This document shows positions 27,084 through 36,068 of a stretch of DNA of 37,521 bases, in pieces; position 1 is the stretch's first letter, and each line of letters opens with the position of its first letter. The stretch is from sequence record DRR723986_16079, one strand, 5' to 3'. The notes under the pieces were generated by a model, which saw nothing but the letters and a program-made list of their open reading frames with translations, was not told the DNA's origin and did no database searches. Both the position numbers and the translations under genes were made by a program.

Positions 27084-28328
27084 TTAACTGCCATGATTTT
27101 CAATTACTTTCCAAAAATCAGGGTAGCTTTTGGCTACAGCTTCTGCTTCTTCTATTTCTATGCCATCAGCGGTCAAACAACTTGCAATCGCAAGGCTCAT
27201 GGCCATTCTATGATCATTGTGAGACTGAACACTAGCCGATTTCAAAGAAGTAATTCCATTTATACGCATTGTATCTTTTTCTATTTCAATAGATAACCCT
27301 AATTTATGAAATTCTTTTTTGATGGCTTGGGCACGGTTACTTTCTTTATGTGTTAATCGATTCACGCCATGAATTTTAGAACAACCTGAAATAGAGGCTG
27401 CTAAAGTAGTTAGAATCGGAAACAAATCAGGGCAATTGTTGGCATCAAAATCAAAAGGTTTTAATTCGGATGGTTGGATTTGTAAAACATCATTAGTCCA
27501 ACTGTATTTAACACCGGTTTGATCCAAAACCTCCATGATTGCACGGTCAGCTTGTAATGAGTTTTTATTCAAGCCTTGAATTGCTATCGGATTTGCAATT
27601 GCTCCATAAACAATCCAAAATGCAGCTCCACTCCAATCAGCTTCAATTTGATAGGTTTTCGGACTATTATATTTTTGCCCACTTTTAATTGAGAATCGTT
27701 TAAAATCTTCGTTATGAATCTCTATTCCGAAATCCTTTAAAAGCGCTAAGGTCATTTCAACGTAAGGTATACTCTTTAAATTCTTAACCTCTATCATGGA
27801 ATCTTCTTGAGCCAATGGCAACGCCATCAATAGTCCTGACAGATATTGTGAAGAAATAGAACCGTCAATGGTAGTTCTACCACCTTTCAATTGATTAGAA
27901 ACTTTCAGCGGAACAAATCCCTCGTTAGAAGAAAAATTCACACCTAGATTGGGTAAAAATGCTGCGAATTCATGCATGGGTCTTTTCGATAAACTTCCAG
28001 ATCCCTCAATTGAAAATTCTGTTCCAAAGGTGGTTGCAATTGAAGTGGTTAATCTTATACCTAAACCTGATTCCCCACAGTTTAAAACTTGTTGAGGCGG
28101 ATTAATTCGCGGTTCAATAAGTGCGACTTGCCCCATTGTAGTGACTTTTGCTCCTAATTGCTGAATAATTTCACTTATGTGCAAGACGTCATCACTGCTC
28201 CCCAAATTTTTCAATTGCGTGGCCTGGTCACACAAAGCAGCAGCAAAGAGTGCCCGTTGAGCATAACTTTTACTTGCAGGCGCTAACACATTACTTACTT
28301 TGAAATCCGATTCGACTTTAATCTTCAT
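27084..28328 (-). CDS. aroA: 3-phosphoshikimate 1-carboxyvinyltransferase (EPSP synthase)
   Basis: PASKS, CGESG, SSQYLSGLL, KESNR, DHRMAM and KSYPDF motifs. Confidence 0.96.
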   Translation of the reverse strand: MKIKVESDFKVSNVLAPASKSYAQRALFAAALCDQATQLKNLGSSDDVLHISEIIQQLGAKVTTMGQVALIEPRINPPQQVLNCGESGLGIRLTTSIATTFGTEFSIEGSGSLSKRPMHEFAAFLPNLGVNFSSNEGFVPLKVSNQLKGGRTTIDGSISSQYLSGLLMALPLAQEDSMIEVKNLKSIPYVEMTLALLKDFGIEIHNEDFKRFSIKSGQKYNSPKTYQIEADWSGAAFWIVYGAIANPIAIQGLNKNSLQADRAIMEVLDQTGVKYSWTNDVLQIQPSELKPFDFDANNCPDLFPILTTLAASISGCSKIHGVNRLTHKESNRAQAIKKEFHKLGLSIEIEKDTMRINGITSLKSASVQSHNDHRMAMSLAIASCLTADGIEIEEAEAVAKSYPDFWKVIENHGS

Positions 28329-29386
28329 TTCTTATTCATGATTGAAGTTTGATGTCGAATTGATTCCTGGTGAATGGCTTCTAAATACTTAATAATAAAC
28401 TTGTGTGATAAGTCTTCTTTTTCTGCAGCAGCAAATTGTAGGCGTTTAATTTCTTCCCAGCGCTCAGGTTGCAGAATAGTAATATTATGGGCTTTTTTAT
28501 AAACACCAATTTCCTCAGCAATTCCCATTCTTTTTGCAATAAGTTTTACGAGCTCTTCATCAATGTCATTGATTTTTAACCTGAGCGTGTCTAAAGATTC
28601 AGAAAATGATTTGTCAGATGACTCAATATCTCTGATAACTAGATTTCCTAATAACTCTCCTAAAACCTCAGGTGTGATTTGTTGCTTCGCGTCACTCCAA
28701 GCCTCATCAGGTGTAATGTGTGATTCGATCATTAATCCATCAAAAGCCAGGTCAATTGCTTTTTGAGAAACTTCTTCCAAAATATCTCTCCTTCCACAAA
28801 TATGACTAGGATCACAAATCAACTTTATTTTTGGGAATTCAGCTCTTAAACCAATTGGAATCTCCCACATGGGTTCGTTTCTGTATTTATCACTTTTAAA
28901 TGAAGAGAAACCTCTGTGTATAGCATGTACATGTTCCAATCCTGCATTATGAAATCGTTCAATTGCGCCAATCCATAAATTCAAGTCTGGATTGATTGGG
29001 TTTTTGACTAACATTTCCACCCCAGTTCCTTCTAGAGCATCTGCAATTTCTTGAACAGTAAAAGGGTTTACTGTGGTTCTGGCACCAATCCATAATTTTT
29101 TGAATCCTGCTTTCAAGGCTTGTTCAACGTGTTGAGCATTTGCAACTTCAGTTATTGCCGGTAGATCGACCGAATTTGCAGCGTCAATTAACCATTTTAA
29201 TCCGATAGCACCAACTCCTTCAAATGAATTTGGTCGTGTTCTTGGTTTCCAGATGCCGGCTCTCAAAATGTTTACTTTTCCTAAGGTTTTTAACCTTTTG
29301 GCAGTTTCCATTACTTGCTCTGGCGACTCCGCGCTACATGGCCCAGAAATGATTATGGGTCTTGGTATGTCCTTAATGTTCTGCAT
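28325..29386 (-). CDS. Bifunctional DAHP synthase (type I-beta) / chorismate mutase
   Basis: GPCSAES, WKPRTRP, IGART, DPSH and GLMIESH motifs; C-terminal AroQ-type domain LR..I..ID ... IHQESIRHQ. Confidence 0.92.
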   Translation of the reverse strand: MQNIKDIPRPIIISGPCSAESPEQVMETAKRLKTLGKVNILRAGIWKPRTRPNSFEGVGAIGLKWLIDAANSVDLPAITEVANAQHVEQALKAGFKKLWIGARTTVNPFTVQEIADALEGTGVEMLVKNPINPDLNLWIGAIERFHNAGLEHVHAIHRGFSSFKSDKYRNEPMWEIPIGLRAEFPKIKLICDPSHICGRRDILEEVSQKAIDLAFDGLMIESHITPDEAWSDAKQQITPEVLGELLGNLVIRDIESSDKSFSESLDTLRLKINDIDEELVKLIAKRMGIAEEIGVYKKAHNITILQPERWEEIKRLQFAAAEKEDLSHKFIIKYLEAIHQESIRHQTSIMNKK

Positions 29387-29437
29387 TTATTCTTCTAATT
29401 TATTCAAATAACAACGATTGTTTCAAATTTGTTGCAT

Positions 29438-29466
29438 AAAAAAAGCCCCCTTTAAAAGGAGGCTTT
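29438..29466 (-). terminator. Attenuator terminator upstream of DAHP synthase
   Basis: Minus strand AAAGCCTCC-TTTTAAA-GGGGGCTTTTTTT, between the leader ORF and the DAHP synthase start. Confidence 0.85.
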
Positions 29467-29492
29467 AATTACTGTATATGTACATAGCTTCC

Positions 29493-29546
29493 CTAATTCA
29501 CGTTTGTGAACCAGTTCCAAGAAGTCATGTTTAGTGTTGCTTTCAT
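29493..29546 (-). CDS. Putative aromatic-amino-acid leader peptide MKATLNMTSWNWFTNVN
   Basis: 17-codon ORF (ATG...TAG) with a W-N-W-F cluster, ending 26 nt before the terminator hairpin. Confidence 0.72.
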   Translation of the reverse strand: MKATLNMTSWNWFTNVN

Positions 29547-29590
29547 TGTGCTACAAATCTTTCAAATAATTTTTCGATAATCCTAAAGAT

Positions 29591-32500
29591 TTACTTTTTT
29601 TCTTGAATAGTAAAATCTAAATAAGGATTTTTTATTCTTGAATTTGGCTGCTGTTTTCCACCAGTCAAAACAGGAACCTGCTTAATCAAATGAGCTTCTA
29701 ATTCAGACAAAGTAATAACACCATCTTGATTTAAATCTGCCGAATTACTTTGCAATCCACTAAGAATGGCATAAGTGAAAACTCCGTTTTTCCATTCATC
29801 CCCTTCCAAAGCGAATTCCACTCCCGCTGCAGAGGATATAAAACTAATTCCAGATGAACTTGAGAGATCGGTAAACAATTCTTTTGAAACATCAAACGCA
29901 CTTAAGTTGACAGTTGATGTGAAGTTTTGAAAGCCTCTAAAGCTAACATCTTCCGCTTCATCAGAAATACTTTCAGTTTTTTGAATCTCAGATTTATCAA
30001 TTTCTCCGCTGTGGCAGGCGTCAACGAATATCACTTTTTGCTTAGATTGGCTCGTTGAAACCTGTTCTTCAATAGCCCTTAATGCCATTCCATTTGCAGA
30101 GGGATTATTAAAGTCCATACTATGTGTAGCCAGAAAATAGTCATAATTAGCGTCCAATACCCCATGTGTTGAGATAAAAACCATTACCACGTCATTGCTT
30201 CTCGAATCCTTCAAAAAATCAGAAATGCCACTGATGCCTTTTTCATTGAAATCTTCATCTATTAATTGCAAAGTGTTCACCTCTCCAGCACTCCAATTAT
30301 TCATGAAATGTTCTTGAATATCCTTGGCATCTTTGGATGCATAGGTGAGGTTGAAGTTGTCATCCTTAAATTGGGAAGCTGCAATAGTTATAAGGTACAA
30401 ATTAGATGTTTGCTGATTCGAATTTTTTATCAAAGTATAAAAACTGCTGCTCTTGACGCCTGCGGTATTGATAGTATACATTTCAAAATGATTTTCCGCT
30501 GGTAATAACTCTATCGTACAGCTCTGACCTTTTTTATCCAATTCATACTGACTTTTAGAGAGCAAAACACCATTCTGCTTTATTTTTAAATGAGTAAAGT
30601 CTCCCTTAAAAGTTACACTCTTTCCCTGGTCATAATTAAATTCAATAGTTGGAGCGGTATCTAAATCTCCAAGGTCGGCAACAGATTTTTCTTCAATTCC
30701 CAGTCGTTCTAACCTCTTGGTGTATGCCTTTTTGTAAAATTCAATGAGTTCAGGATTACTTTCTTCAATAGATGCTAATACTTTGTCAGGACGATTTAAA
30801 TGCACATCAAATTGATCGAATAATCCAATTTTCCCGTCTTGGACAAAAAAGATATCAGTTACGTTTTCTTTAGATGAAAAATAATAAGATTCATCTGTCA
30901 ACAGCTGATAATTACTCGATTCTGCGTTGAAGTAAATAATTAACAACAACTTAGAGTTTTTCCAATCCCAAATTTTCATTGATTTATCCCAGGAGCACGA
31001 GATTAAATAGTTGCCATCTTGGCTAAATGCTAAATGAGAAATAATTGAGCCATGGGCCTCAAAAGTTGAAAGTACATCTCCTTCTAGATTTGAAATTTGA
31101 ATCGAAGCTTGCTTTTCACCGATAGTATTCTTGTAAAAAGCAATGCGTTCAGATGTTGGTTCAAAAGCTACGACTCTTCCAGCAGATCGATAAATTTCAG
31201 ACTTTGTTTTTAAATCTATGCCAATCACTTTTTGCGAAAAGCCACCTGTTGCATAAAAAAGAATATTCTTTTCAGGATAGTATTTTGCATCACTGATTGC
31301 TCTTTTACCAATTGAAATGGAATCCGTCAATTCTCCTTGCATATTGATAAAATAGATGTAAGCCTCTTTGAATGAGCTTCCATTACTAATCGCCAGCAAT
31401 TGTTTGTCGTTGATAAGCTCTAACTGGCTAACACTAGCACCTGAAAGTTTCAAGAATAATTCTCTTTTTTTAGTGGATAAATTAGTCGAGAATATTTCTG
31501 ACATATCGTAACCGGCAGAAACATCAAATAGGATATTGTCGTTTCCAGTAACAGCCAAAATTTGGTTATCAGTTTCATATCTTTTCAATATCTCTTTACT
31601 TTCTTTAGAGCATAAAAAAGCTTCTCTTTCATTAGAACTAAATACGTAATTTGAACCATGATAAAAGGTCTGAAGGTTTCCTGTGGTTTGTACATTTTCA
31701 TAAGCGTCATTGCGATTAAAATCAAAGCTTTCAGCATTTAAAATATTTTGAAAATCCAACTTTCTTATAATGCCATCTCTCCCTTTGAATAAAACACCAT
31801 CTTTTGTGGATTGAAGGCCCTCGCAGTGTACCATGTCTACACTAAATTTCTCATAACTTTTGTTGGAATCAAATTTCAAAACACCTATCGAAAAATCCCA
31901 ATTCCCTATGGCTAATTGACCATTAGAATTAGGCACAGATGGCAAGATAGATTCAAATGGAAATTCATTGACTTCGCAAGTCCCGTCTTTCCACTTAAAG
32001 AGTTTATTATAGGAGATTCCATAAACAGCCTCATCATGATAAAAACAGTTCGGTAAGTTTATTGCTTCTTCATGCTTAAACTCATTCAATAAGTTTCCTT
32101 TAAAATCTAATTCTCTAGCTGTAGCTGTATTTCCTGACACAATTAATTTATCAGTTGTAGGATGGATACTTAAAGAAATGATCTCACTCATACCGCAAGG
32201 CACCTCTCTAATTTGACTTAAGTTTTCAGACGAATACATCCTTAACAGTTGGTCGTTGTATCCGAAAGTAGATAAAGTTTTTCGCGCCGAATCATACCAG
32301 ATTTTAATCGGAAGTTGTTCAAGAACGGGTGATTTATGCAGTAGTTCTTTGGTTTTGAAATTAACGAGCTTAAGCTGATTATCTATTAAAACACAAGCCT
32401 GCTCTTCGTTTAGGATGATGGCGTTCATTCCAAGACCTTTGTATCGATCTGCAGGTTTAAGTTTGTATATCACCTTTAGGTTTTCAGCATTCCATACCCA

Positions 32501-32782
32501 AAATTCACCTTGATACATGGCTCCGAAATAGTCTCCACTTGGTGAAATGGATACATTCGAAAATCCCGAAGAGCCTTCAGAAATAACAGCTAATTCTTTC
32601 TTTAAGTTGGCGTCCCAATAAATCAGTTTTTTATCCCCAGCTGCTGATACCACACGTTGACCATCTTGAGATATAGCGATTGAATTTAGTTGAAAGTTAT
32701 GTCCCTGCACGACCTTTGGAACAGGTTGAGTAAATCCAAAACAAGAACAGACTATAAGTAGGACGGTGAATAGTATTTTCAT
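29591..32782 (-). CDS. Secreted WD40-repeat + caspase-family (peptidase C14) protein
   Basis: Signal peptide; WD40 repeats (GH...SQDG..VVSAAGDK..YWD; AH..ISHLAFSQDG..LISCSWDKSMKIWD); catalytic dyad FISTHG / VDACHSG; NGVFT. Confidence 0.9.
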   Translation of the reverse strand: MKILFTVLLIVCSCFGFTQPVPKVVQGHNFQLNSIAISQDGQRVVSAAGDKKLIYWDANLKKELAVISEGSSGFSNVSISPSGDYFGAMYQGEFWVWNAENLKVIYKLKPADRYKGLGMNAIILNEEQACVLIDNQLKLVNFKTKELLHKSPVLEQLPIKIWYDSARKTLSTFGYNDQLLRMYSSENLSQIREVPCGMSEIISLSIHPTTDKLIVSGNTATARELDFKGNLLNEFKHEEAINLPNCFYHDEAVYGISYNKLFKWKDGTCEVNEFPFESILPSVPNSNGQLAIGNWDFSIGVLKFDSNKSYEKFSVDMVHCEGLQSTKDGVLFKGRDGIIRKLDFQNILNAESFDFNRNDAYENVQTTGNLQTFYHGSNYVFSSNEREAFLCSKESKEILKRYETDNQILAVTGNDNILFDVSAGYDMSEIFSTNLSTKKRELFLKLSGASVSQLELINDKQLLAISNGSSFKEAYIYFINMQGELTDSISIGKRAISDAKYYPEKNILFYATGGFSQKVIGIDLKTKSEIYRSAGRVVAFEPTSERIAFYKNTIGEKQASIQISNLEGDVLSTFEAHGSIISHLAFSQDGNYLISCSWDKSMKIWDWKNSKLLLIIYFNAESSNYQLLTDESYYFSSKENVTDIFFVQDGKIGLFDQFDVHLNRPDKVLASIEESNPELIEFYKKAYTKRLERLGIEEKSVADLGDLDTAPTIEFNYDQGKSVTFKGDFTHLKIKQNGVLLSKSQYELDKKGQSCTIELLPAENHFEMYTINTAGVKSSSFYTLIKNSNQQTSNLYLITIAASQFKDDNFNLTYASKDAKDIQEHFMNNWSAGEVNTLQLIDEDFNEKGISGISDFLKDSRSNDVVMVFISTHGVLDANYDYFLATHSMDFNNPSANGMALRAIEEQVSTSQSKQKVIFVDACHSGEIDKSEIQKTESISDEAEDVSFRGFQNFTSTVNLSAFDVSKELFTDLSSSSGISFISSAAGVEFALEGDEWKNGVFTYAILSGLQSNSADLNQDGVITLSELEAHLIKQVPVLTGGKQQPNSRIKNPYLDFTIQEKK

Positions 32783-32854
32783 GGTCCTAAATTAAGCATA
32801 GATTTCTCTTTTTATCTAAGGTGATTTACTTAATTCAATCAAAATTAATTGACC

Positions 32855-32871
32855 CTATACCTACGGTATAG
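32855..32871. promoter_or_regulatory. Inverted repeat, possible transcription-factor operator
   Basis: CTATACC-TAC-GGTATAG between the divergent caspase and trp promoters. Confidence 0.35.
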
Positions 32872-32892
32872 AAAAAAATATTTTAAAAAAGA

Positions 32893-32925
32893 TTTGTTTT
32901 GTCGATAAATTATATTGAATCTTTG
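32893..32925 (+). promoter_or_regulatory. Putative trp promoter (-33 TTTG, -7 AATCTTTG)
   Basis: TTTG at 32893-32896, 21-nt spacer, then a -7 box with one mismatch, 20 nt before the leader ATG. Confidence 0.45.
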
Positions 32926-32945
32926 CAATGTCTAATCGACACAAA

Positions 32946-33011
32946 ATGAATTTTAGAAATTTAAATACAAATTGGTGGTGGTCTTCTCAAAAACTTGAGT
33001 GGATGAACTAA
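32946..33011 (+). CDS. trpL: trp operon leader peptide MNFRNLNTNWWWSSQKLEWMN
   Basis: 21-codon ORF with three tandem TGG codons (32973-32981) plus a fourth, upstream of a terminator and trpE. Confidence 0.88.
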   Translation: MNFRNLNTNWWWSSQKLEWMN

Positions 33012-33032
33012 TTGTATACCTTATAAATTTAC

Positions 33033-33068
33033 AACGGCTTATCGTACTCACGGTAAGCCGTTTTTTTT
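33033..33068 (+). terminator. trp attenuator terminator
   Basis: AACGGCTTATCG-TACTCA-CGGTAAGCCGTT followed by a T-run, 42 nt before trpE. Confidence 0.9.
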
Positions 33069-33110
33069 GCTTGCCGTTTTCCAAGCTTTTTAAATCGATA
33101 AAAATTAAAA

Positions 33111-34481
33111 ATGAAAATATTTACAAAATCACAGCAAGTACTTTGCGACACTTTTACACCAATCAGCACCTTCTTGAGCTTGAGAGATAGTTTTGCAAAC
33201 GTCTCGCTATTTGAGAGCTCAGATTATGCTTCCAAATCAAATTCGCATTCCTTTATAGGCGTGAATCCAATTGTGACCATTCAACAGAATGCGAGTTTTG
33301 CAGATGTTAGAATCAAGGGGAAATTGGAAGACCGAACTTCAGTTTCAAACGAGATTGATTTGGATAAAATCAAGTCAAGATTCGAATTTCAAGATCAGCT
33401 CAATGCTCATCAAAACGGATTCTTTGGGGTGATCGGATATGGAGCATTACAAATATTTGAGGACATTAAACTTCAAAATGAACAGGACAATTTGCCAGAT
33501 GTCTTTCTTGCGGCCTACGAGTTTGTTTTGGTTTTTGACCACTTTCATAACCAGTTAACTATTCTGCATAATTCATTTGATGCGAAGTCAAATAAATTGG
33601 CCATAATTCTCAAAGCCTTGAATAGAGATGTGAAAGATAGCGGTGGATTCAACACGCAGGGAGATATAGTATCATCTGAAACGAACGAATCTTTCAAAGA
33701 AAAAATTAAGCTGGCGAAAGATCATATTTTGAGAGGTGACGTTTTTCAATTGGTGCTGTCACGTCAGTTTTCTCAGAATTTTGAGGGAGATGATTTTGAA
33801 GTGTATCGTCAATTACGAACAATCAATCCTTCACCTTACATGTTCTATTTTGATTTAGAAAAAGCCAAGTTAATTGGTGCATCTCCTGAGGCTCAGATTA
33901 AAGTAGTCAACGGCTTGGCTGAGATTCACCCGATTGCGGGAACTGTTCTAAAATCTGAACATAAAGAAGAGAATCTTCAACGCATTGAGGCGCTTAAGGC
34001 AGATGAAAAAGAGAATGCAGAACACATCATGTTGGTTGATTTGGCAAGAAATGACCTAAATCGTTTCTGTGATGAGGTGAAAGTGGAGAATTTGAAAGAA
34101 GTACAGTCTTTTTCTCATGTCATTCATCTTGTTTCAAAGGTTACAGGACAAATAACTAAAGAGAAATCGCTTTCTGTTTTTGGAGGCGCTTTTCCAGCGG
34201 GAACACTTTCTGGAGCGCCTAAATATCGAGCCATTGAGCTCATAGATCAATATGAAAATACTGCTCGAAACTACTATGGCGGAGCAATTGGCCTTCTCGC
34301 CGCGAATGGAGATGTGAACATGGCCATTGTCATCAGAACAGCATTGTCACATCAAGGAAAGTTAATCTACCAAGCAGGTGCAGGAATAGTGCATGACTCA
34401 ACAATTGAAGGCGAGTGTCAAGAAGTTTACAATAAAGTGAAAGCAGTACAAACAGCAATTAAAAACGCATCAAAGTCATGA
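33111..34481 (+). CDS. trpE: Anthranilate synthase component I
   Basis: DTFTP, LFES, GDVFQLVLS, NPSPYM, HPIAGT, EHIMLVDLARND and FPAGTLSGAPK motifs. Confidence 0.95.
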   Translation: MKIFTKSQQVLCDTFTPISTFLSLRDSFANVSLFESSDYASKSNSHSFIGVNPIVTIQQNASFADVRIKGKLEDRTSVSNEIDLDKIKSRFEFQDQLNAHQNGFFGVIGYGALQIFEDIKLQNEQDNLPDVFLAAYEFVLVFDHFHNQLTILHNSFDAKSNKLAIILKALNRDVKDSGGFNTQGDIVSSETNESFKEKIKLAKDHILRGDVFQLVLSRQFSQNFEGDDFEVYRQLRTINPSPYMFYFDLEKAKLIGASPEAQIKVVNGLAEIHPIAGTVLKSEHKEENLQRIEALKADEKENAEHIMLVDLARNDLNRFCDEVKVENLKEVQSFSHVIHLVSKVTGQITKEKSLSVFGGAFPAGTLSGAPKYRAIELIDQYENTARNYYGGAIGLLAANGDVNMAIVIRTALSHQGKLIYQAGAGIVHDSTIEGECQEVYNKVKAVQTAIKNASKS

Positions 34482-35068
34482 AAATTCTATTGATAGATAA
34501 TTACGATTCGTTCACTTATAATTTAAAAGCATTGTTAGAAACGGCTGGGGCTGAAGTAAGAGTTCAACGAAACGATCAAGTGCGGGAAGATTCCATATTT
34601 GAGGCAGATGCTTTGGTGCTTTCTCCCGGCCCTGGAATTCCAGAAGAAGCGGGTCAAATGATGGATATTATTCAGACCTATCATCCGACAAAACCTATGC
34701 TGGGTATTTGTTTAGGTATGCAGGCCATAGGCGAGATATTTGGTTCAGAATTGCAACTGATGGAACGACCTATTCATGGCTTTTCAGCTCAAATCGCTCA
34801 TCAAGGAGATGCAATATTTAGCGGCTTAAATTCAACTTTTGAAGCTGCACGTTACCATTCATGGGTGGTTGCTGAAGAATCTATTCAATTGCCACTAAAA
34901 GTTATTGCTAAAAGTGAAGACGAGAAAGTGATGGCAATCAAGCACAATGAATTTCCGATTTACGGTTTTCAGTTCCATCCAGAATCTGTCTTAACTCAGC
35001 TTGGAATTCAGTTAATCAAAAATTTTTTAAACGAAGTTAAAGCGCATAGCTATGCAAAAGTTACTTGA
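34478..35068 (+). CDS. trpG: Anthranilate synthase component II (glutamine amidotransferase)
   Basis: IDNYDSFTYN, SPGPG, GICLGMQ, RYHS and QFHPES motifs; ATGA overlap with trpE. Confidence 0.95.
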   Translation: MKILLIDNYDSFTYNLKALLETAGAEVRVQRNDQVREDSIFEADALVLSPGPGIPEEAGQMMDIIQTYHPTKPMLGICLGMQAIGEIFGSELQLMERPIHGFSAQIAHQGDAIFSGLNSTFEAARYHSWVVAEESIQLPLKVIAKSEDEKVMAIKHNEFPIYGFQFHPESVLTQLGIQLIKNFLNEVKAHSYAKVT

Positions 35069-36068
35069 TAAAATATTTGAATTTGAGACCTTGACGACAG
35101 TTGAGGCCAAAGAATTACTCACTCAAATTACCAACGGAAAAGCCAATGATGCGCAAATTATAGCAGCAATCTCTGCTTTGAAAATGAGAAGTATTTCATC
35201 CTCTGAATTAAACGGATTCAGAGAGGCCTTGTTAGATCAAGCACTCATTCCTAATCTATATACCAATGATGCTATTGATGTTTGCGGAACGGGTGGAGAT
35301 GGTAGGAATACCTTCAACATTTCTACGCTTGCTGCAATTGTAATTGCTGGGGCAGGGTACAAAGTCATAAAGCATGGGAATTATGGCGTTTCGAGTTTGG
35401 TAGGTTCTTCATCCATTTTGGAAGAAATAGGATATCAATTCACGACCAATGATGATGTCTTGAACGAACAACTCAATTCAACGAATATTTGCTTTTTGCA
35501 CGCCCCTTTGTTTCATCCAGCTCTCAAAAAGGTTGGACCTATTCGAAAACAATTGGGAATCAGAACTTTCTTCAATTATTTAGGACCACTGGTGAATCCT
35601 GTGCAGCCAAAGTATCAGCTCACTGGAGTTTACAACCTTGAATTAATAAGAGTTTACAAGCAGATATTGAGCAAAGAACGTGAGGAATTTAGGGTGATCC
35701 ATAGTTTGGATGGTTATGATGAAGTCAGTTTAACATCTGCCTTTAAAATGGCCACCAAATCTCAAGAACTTATCCTTTATCCAGAAGATCTGGATCAAAA
35801 GCCTTTAAAGCAAGAGGATTTATTCTGCGGAGACAGCATTCAAGAAGCAAAAGAAATATTCATGAATGTTTTGAGCAACAATAGCACTTTGGCTCAGAAA
35901 AATGTAGTTGCTGTTAACGCCGCTTTGGGAATCCAATGCTTTAAACCAACTGCTTCATTTAATGACTGTTTTCAAGAAGCAATAGAAGCAATAGCATCTC
36001 AAAAAGCGCTTCAAAATTTTAAAAAAACGATTGAATTAAGTCAACAAATGCAAACCATATCAAAATGA
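35052..36068 (+). CDS. trpD: Anthranilate phosphoribosyltransferase
   Basis: DVCGTGGDG..TFNIST, KHGN, RTFFN.LGPL.NP and GYDE motifs. Confidence 0.96.
   Translation: MQKLLDKIFEFETLTTVEAKELLTQITNGKANDAQIIAAISALKMRSISSSELNGFREALLDQALIPNLYTNDAIDVCGTGGDGRNTFNISTLAAIVIAGAGYKVIKHGNYGVSSLVGSSSILEEIGYQFTTNDDVLNEQLNSTNICFLHAPLFHPALKKVGPIRKQLGIRTFFNYLGPLVNPVQPKYQLTGVYNLELIRVYKQILSKEREEFRVIHSLDGYDEVSLTSAFKMATKSQELILYPEDLDQKPLKQEDLFCGDSIQEAKEIFMNVLSNNSTLAQKNVVAVNAALGIQCFKPTASFNDCFQEAIEAIASQKALQNFKKTIELSQQMQTISK

Noticed and set aside
29591-32782. Caspase-based anti-phage or gasdermin system
   Set aside because: The protein has a signal peptide and no adjacent gasdermin, NLR/STAND, TIR or other effector gene.
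32999-33190. 63-aa ORF upstream of trpE
   Set aside because: Runs through the attenuator terminator and overlaps trpE out of frame; the real leader is 32946-33011.
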